Assembly (NCBI GenBank): GCA_963697335.1
Contig: CAVONQ010000007.1
Coordinates: forward strand, 96,001-160,000
DNA: 64,000 nucleotides
Source of the DNA: an uncultured cyanobacterium
GTDB lineage: Bacteria; Cyanobacteriota; Cyanobacteriia; PCC-6307; Cyanobiaceae
Direction: 5' to 3'
This document shows, in pieces, positions 61,613 through 64,000 of the stretch. The translations under genes were made by a program, and so were the position numbers. The notes beneath the pieces are model-generated. The model was given only the letters and a program-made list of their open reading frames with translations, was not told the DNA's origin and made no database searches. The stretch's first letter is position 1, and every line of letters begins with the position of its first letter.

Positions 61613-62824
61613 ATGGCCGATCACCACGAGGGGGCGCTCCAGGCCGGCACCTCGAGCTGGCAGGAGGATCTCCGCCAGGCGTTGGCGTCCATCCCCCCTG
61701 ACGGCTGGCGGCGGTTGCGTAGCCTCTCGACGTTGGGTTCTGCCCGCCTCACGCCAGCCCAAGGCCCAACCCTGCTGGACCTGGCCAGCAACGACTACCT
61801 CGGCCTGGCCCGCCACGACGCCGTCGTGGCGGCCGCCCAGCACGTCATGGAGGAGCAGGGCGTCGGCGCAGGCGGCTCGCGCCTGGTGAGTGGCACCCGG
61901 CCGGTGCACATGGCCCTTGAGCAGCAGCTGGCCACCTGGCTCTGTCGTGAGCGGGCGCTGCTGTTTCCCAGTGGCTTCCAGGCCAACCTGGCCGCTGTGA
62001 CGGCCCTGGCCGATCGGAACAGCCTGGTGCTGGCCGATCGGCTGATCCACCACTCGCTGCTCATGGGCGTCCGAGCCAGCGGAGCCCAGCTGAGACGATT
62101 CCGCCACAACGATCTCAGTGATCTGGAGCGACGGCTGGCCGCGGCACGGCGGAGTGATGCCCGTCGGCGCCTGGTGGTGCTCAGTGAGAGCCTGTTCTCG
62201 ATGCAGGGCACCAGCCCGGCCGTGGCGGACCTGGCTGCGCTCTGCGCCGCCCAGGGCGCGGCCTTGGTGCTGGACGAGGCCCACGCCCTGGGGGTGCTGG
62301 GGCAGGGAGGACGGGGGCTGGGCCACGGCCTGGCATCGATCGCCCTGATCAGCGGCACCTTCGGCAAGGCCTTCGGCAGTGGTGGGGCCTTCCTGGCCGG
62401 CGATAGCCTCACCATCGAATGGCTGCTGCAGAGCAGTGGCGCCTTTCGCTACACCACCGCCCTGGCCCCGCCCCTGGCCGCAGCGGCGCTGGCCGCCCTG
62501 GCCGAGATCCAGCAACGGGATCCAGGGCCTGAACTGCTGGATCGGGCCCGGCGCTGGCGCCAGGCTCTGGAGGCAGCGGGCTGGCCCCGGCCGCCCGGGG
62601 AGGGGCCGATCCTGTCGCTGCTGGTGGGTGAGGACGGCGCAGCCCTGGCCCTTCAGGCCCGGCTGGAGGCAGCAGGCCTGCTCGCCGTGGCGATCCGTCC
62701 CCCCACCGTGCCCCAGGGCACCGCCAGGCTGCGACTGGTGCTGCGCCACGATCTTCCCCGGGGCAGCCTGCGACGGCTGCTCCAGGCCCTTGGTCCTCCA
62801 CCCCCCGCCAACCCATGCAAGTGA
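61613..62824 (+). CDS. bioF: 8-amino-7-oxononanoate synthase
   Basis: DLASNDYLGL, GAGGSRLVSG, SGFQAN, DEAH, GTFGKAFG, AIRPPTVP. Confidence 0.95.
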   Translation: MADHHEGALQAGTSSWQEDLRQALASIPPDGWRRLRSLSTLGSARLTPAQGPTLLDLASNDYLGLARHDAVVAAAQHVMEEQGVGAGGSRLVSGTRPVHMALEQQLATWLCRERALLFPSGFQANLAAVTALADRNSLVLADRLIHHSLLMGVRASGAQLRRFRHNDLSDLERRLAAARRSDARRRLVVLSESLFSMQGTSPAVADLAALCAAQGAALVLDEAHALGVLGQGGRGLGHGLASIALISGTFGKAFGSGGAFLAGDSLTIEWLLQSSGAFRYTTALAPPLAAAALAALAEIQQRDPGPELLDRARRWRQALEAAGWPRPPGEGPILSLLVGEDGAALALQARLEAAGLLAVAIRPPTVPQGTARLRLVLRHDLPRGSLRRLLQALGPPPPANPCK

Positions 62825-63495
62825 TCGCCATGCACGGCTGGCTGGGGGACAGCCGCGGCTGGGCCCCCCTGGCCGCGGCGGCCCGTCGCGAGGGCTGGCT
62901 GTGGCAGAGCGCTGATCGGGGCTACGGCCCCTGCGAGCCGGTACAGCCGCAGTGGCTGGACGCGGAGGGGCCGCGGGTGGTGGTGGGGCACTCGCTCGGG
63001 CCCCATCTGCTGCCGGCTGAACTGCTGCGCGAGGCTGATGCCGTGGTGCTGCTGGCCAGCTTCGGACGCTTCGTGCCCTCCGGCGCAACCGGACGGCCCC
63101 TGATGACCGCCCTCAAGACCATGGCCCAGCAGCTGCAGGGGCCGGAGGCCCACGCCATGCTGCATCGCTTCCTGGAGAAGGCGGCGGCACCGCAACCGCT
63201 CAGCGCCCTGCCGGTGTCGATCCTCGACACGCCGCTGAGCGCCGAGGGGCGCGAGCGGCTGCTTGGGGATCTGGTCCTGCTCCAGCACTGCGAGGCGCTG
63301 CCCGAGGGTTTTCCCACCCAGGCCCGCTGCCTCGTGGTGGAGGCGGCAGCGGATCAGATCGTGGTCCCTGAGGCCAGGGCCTGGCTGCAGGGGGCCCTGC
63401 CCGAAGCCGATCGGGTCGCGGTGGAGGGGGCAGGCCACGCCCTGCTGGTGCCGTCCTTGCTGGAGCTGGTGATCGGCTGGATCCAGGGGCTCTGA
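62815..63495 (+). CDS. Alpha/beta hydrolase; probable pimeloyl-ACP methyl ester esterase (BioH/BioK role)
   Basis: HGW, GHSLG nucleophile elbow, D.IV, GH; lies between bioF and bioC. Confidence 0.85.
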   Translation: MQVIAMHGWLGDSRGWAPLAAAARREGWLWQSADRGYGPCEPVQPQWLDAEGPRVVVGHSLGPHLLPAELLREADAVVLLASFGRFVPSGATGRPLMTALKTMAQQLQGPEAHAMLHRFLEKAAAPQPLSALPVSILDTPLSAEGRERLLGDLVLLQHCEALPEGFPTQARCLVVEAAADQIVVPEARAWLQGALPEADRVAVEGAGHALLVPSLLELVIGWIQGL

Positions 63496-63497
63496 GC

Positions 63498-64000
63498 ATG
63501 GGAGATCAGAGCGTGGCCGGCGCCAGGGTGGCCCAGGCCTTCGCCCGCCATGCCGCGAACTACGACCGGCAGGCCCTGCTGCAGCGGGCGATCGCCTGGC
63601 GGCTCGCCCGCCACTGCCGGAGCCTGGCCCTGCCACCGGGCCCGATGGCCGACCTGGGGGCAGGCAGCGGACTGCTGGGGCGAGCCCTCGAACAGCAGGG
63701 CTTCCAGGGCAGCTTGCAGCAGCTGGATGGCTGCCGCGCCCTGCTGGCGCAGAACCCCCTGGCAGCCGGCCATTACCACCTCGTCTGGGACCTCGACCAG
63801 GGGCTCCCGGGGAGCCTGAACGGGTCCGGCCTGCTCACCTCCAGCTTTGCCCTGCAGTGGCTGCAGGACCCGCCGGGGCAGCTCGAGCTGTGGTGCCGGA
63901 ACCTGGCGCCCGGGGGCTGGCTGGCCCTGGCGGTGCCGACTGCAGACAGCTTCCCCCAGTGGGAGCAGGCCGCCAGGCGTGCGGCGGTGCCCCACAGCCG
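63498..64000 (+). CDS. bioC: Malonyl-ACP O-methyltransferase BioC (3'-truncated by window)
   Basis: Translated by hand from ATG 63498: AFARHAANYDRQALLQRAIA, ADLGAGSG, SSFALQW, LAPGGWL. Confidence 0.88.
   Translation, partial: MGDQSVAGARVAQAFARHAANYDRQALLQRAIAWRLARHCRSLALPPGPMADLGAGSGLLGRALEQQGFQGSLQQLDGCRALLAQNPLAAGHYHLVWDLDQGLPGSLNGSGLLTSSFALQWLQDPPGQLELWCRNLAPGGWLALAVPTADSFPQWEQAARRAAVPHS

Noticed and set aside
61613..62824. bioF as an RkpG-like capsule lipid gene
   Set aside because: It sits in a normal bioF-esterase-bioC biotin operon outside the island.
61571..63088. Apparent 500 aa N-terminal extension of the BASS transporter (817 aa ORF)
   Set aside because: Antisense to bioF and the esterase; not a real fusion.

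Overview
GC-rich picocyanobacterial (Cyanobium/Synechococcus-like) chromosomal window. The left flank (1-11.2 kb) holds core genes: apcE(3' part)-apcABC, ftsW-ccdA-ccs1, queF, glnB with an NtcA box, tlyA and purB. The centre (~11.3-54.8 kb) is a ~44 kb, compositionally mosaic ABC-transporter-dependent (Kps-type) capsule island. It carries an SLBB exporter, kpsS/kpsC and kpsE/kpsM/kpsT, NeuA/NeuB with three paralogous GT-B-like proteins, six sulfotransferase-like genes, CDP-branched-sugar and GDP-fucose genes, several glycosyltransferases and an ISAs1 remnant. The right flank has DUF1997-helY, two low-GC RgpF-like genes, a BASS symporter and bioF-esterase-bioC. The most notable signal is a lipid module inside the capsule locus: an OlsF/OlsB-like GNAT N-acyltransferase, a dedicated ACP and a FabF abut a KpsS fused to a PlsC-type acyltransferase. 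This suggests a custom, possibly phosphorus-free aminolipid capsule anchor (inference). Also notable are a KpsT with destroyed Walker A/B motifs, several pseudo-enzyme paralogues, and five frameshifts that are all in the +1 direction (probably assembly errors). All family calls come from motif recognition by eye; no database searches were run.
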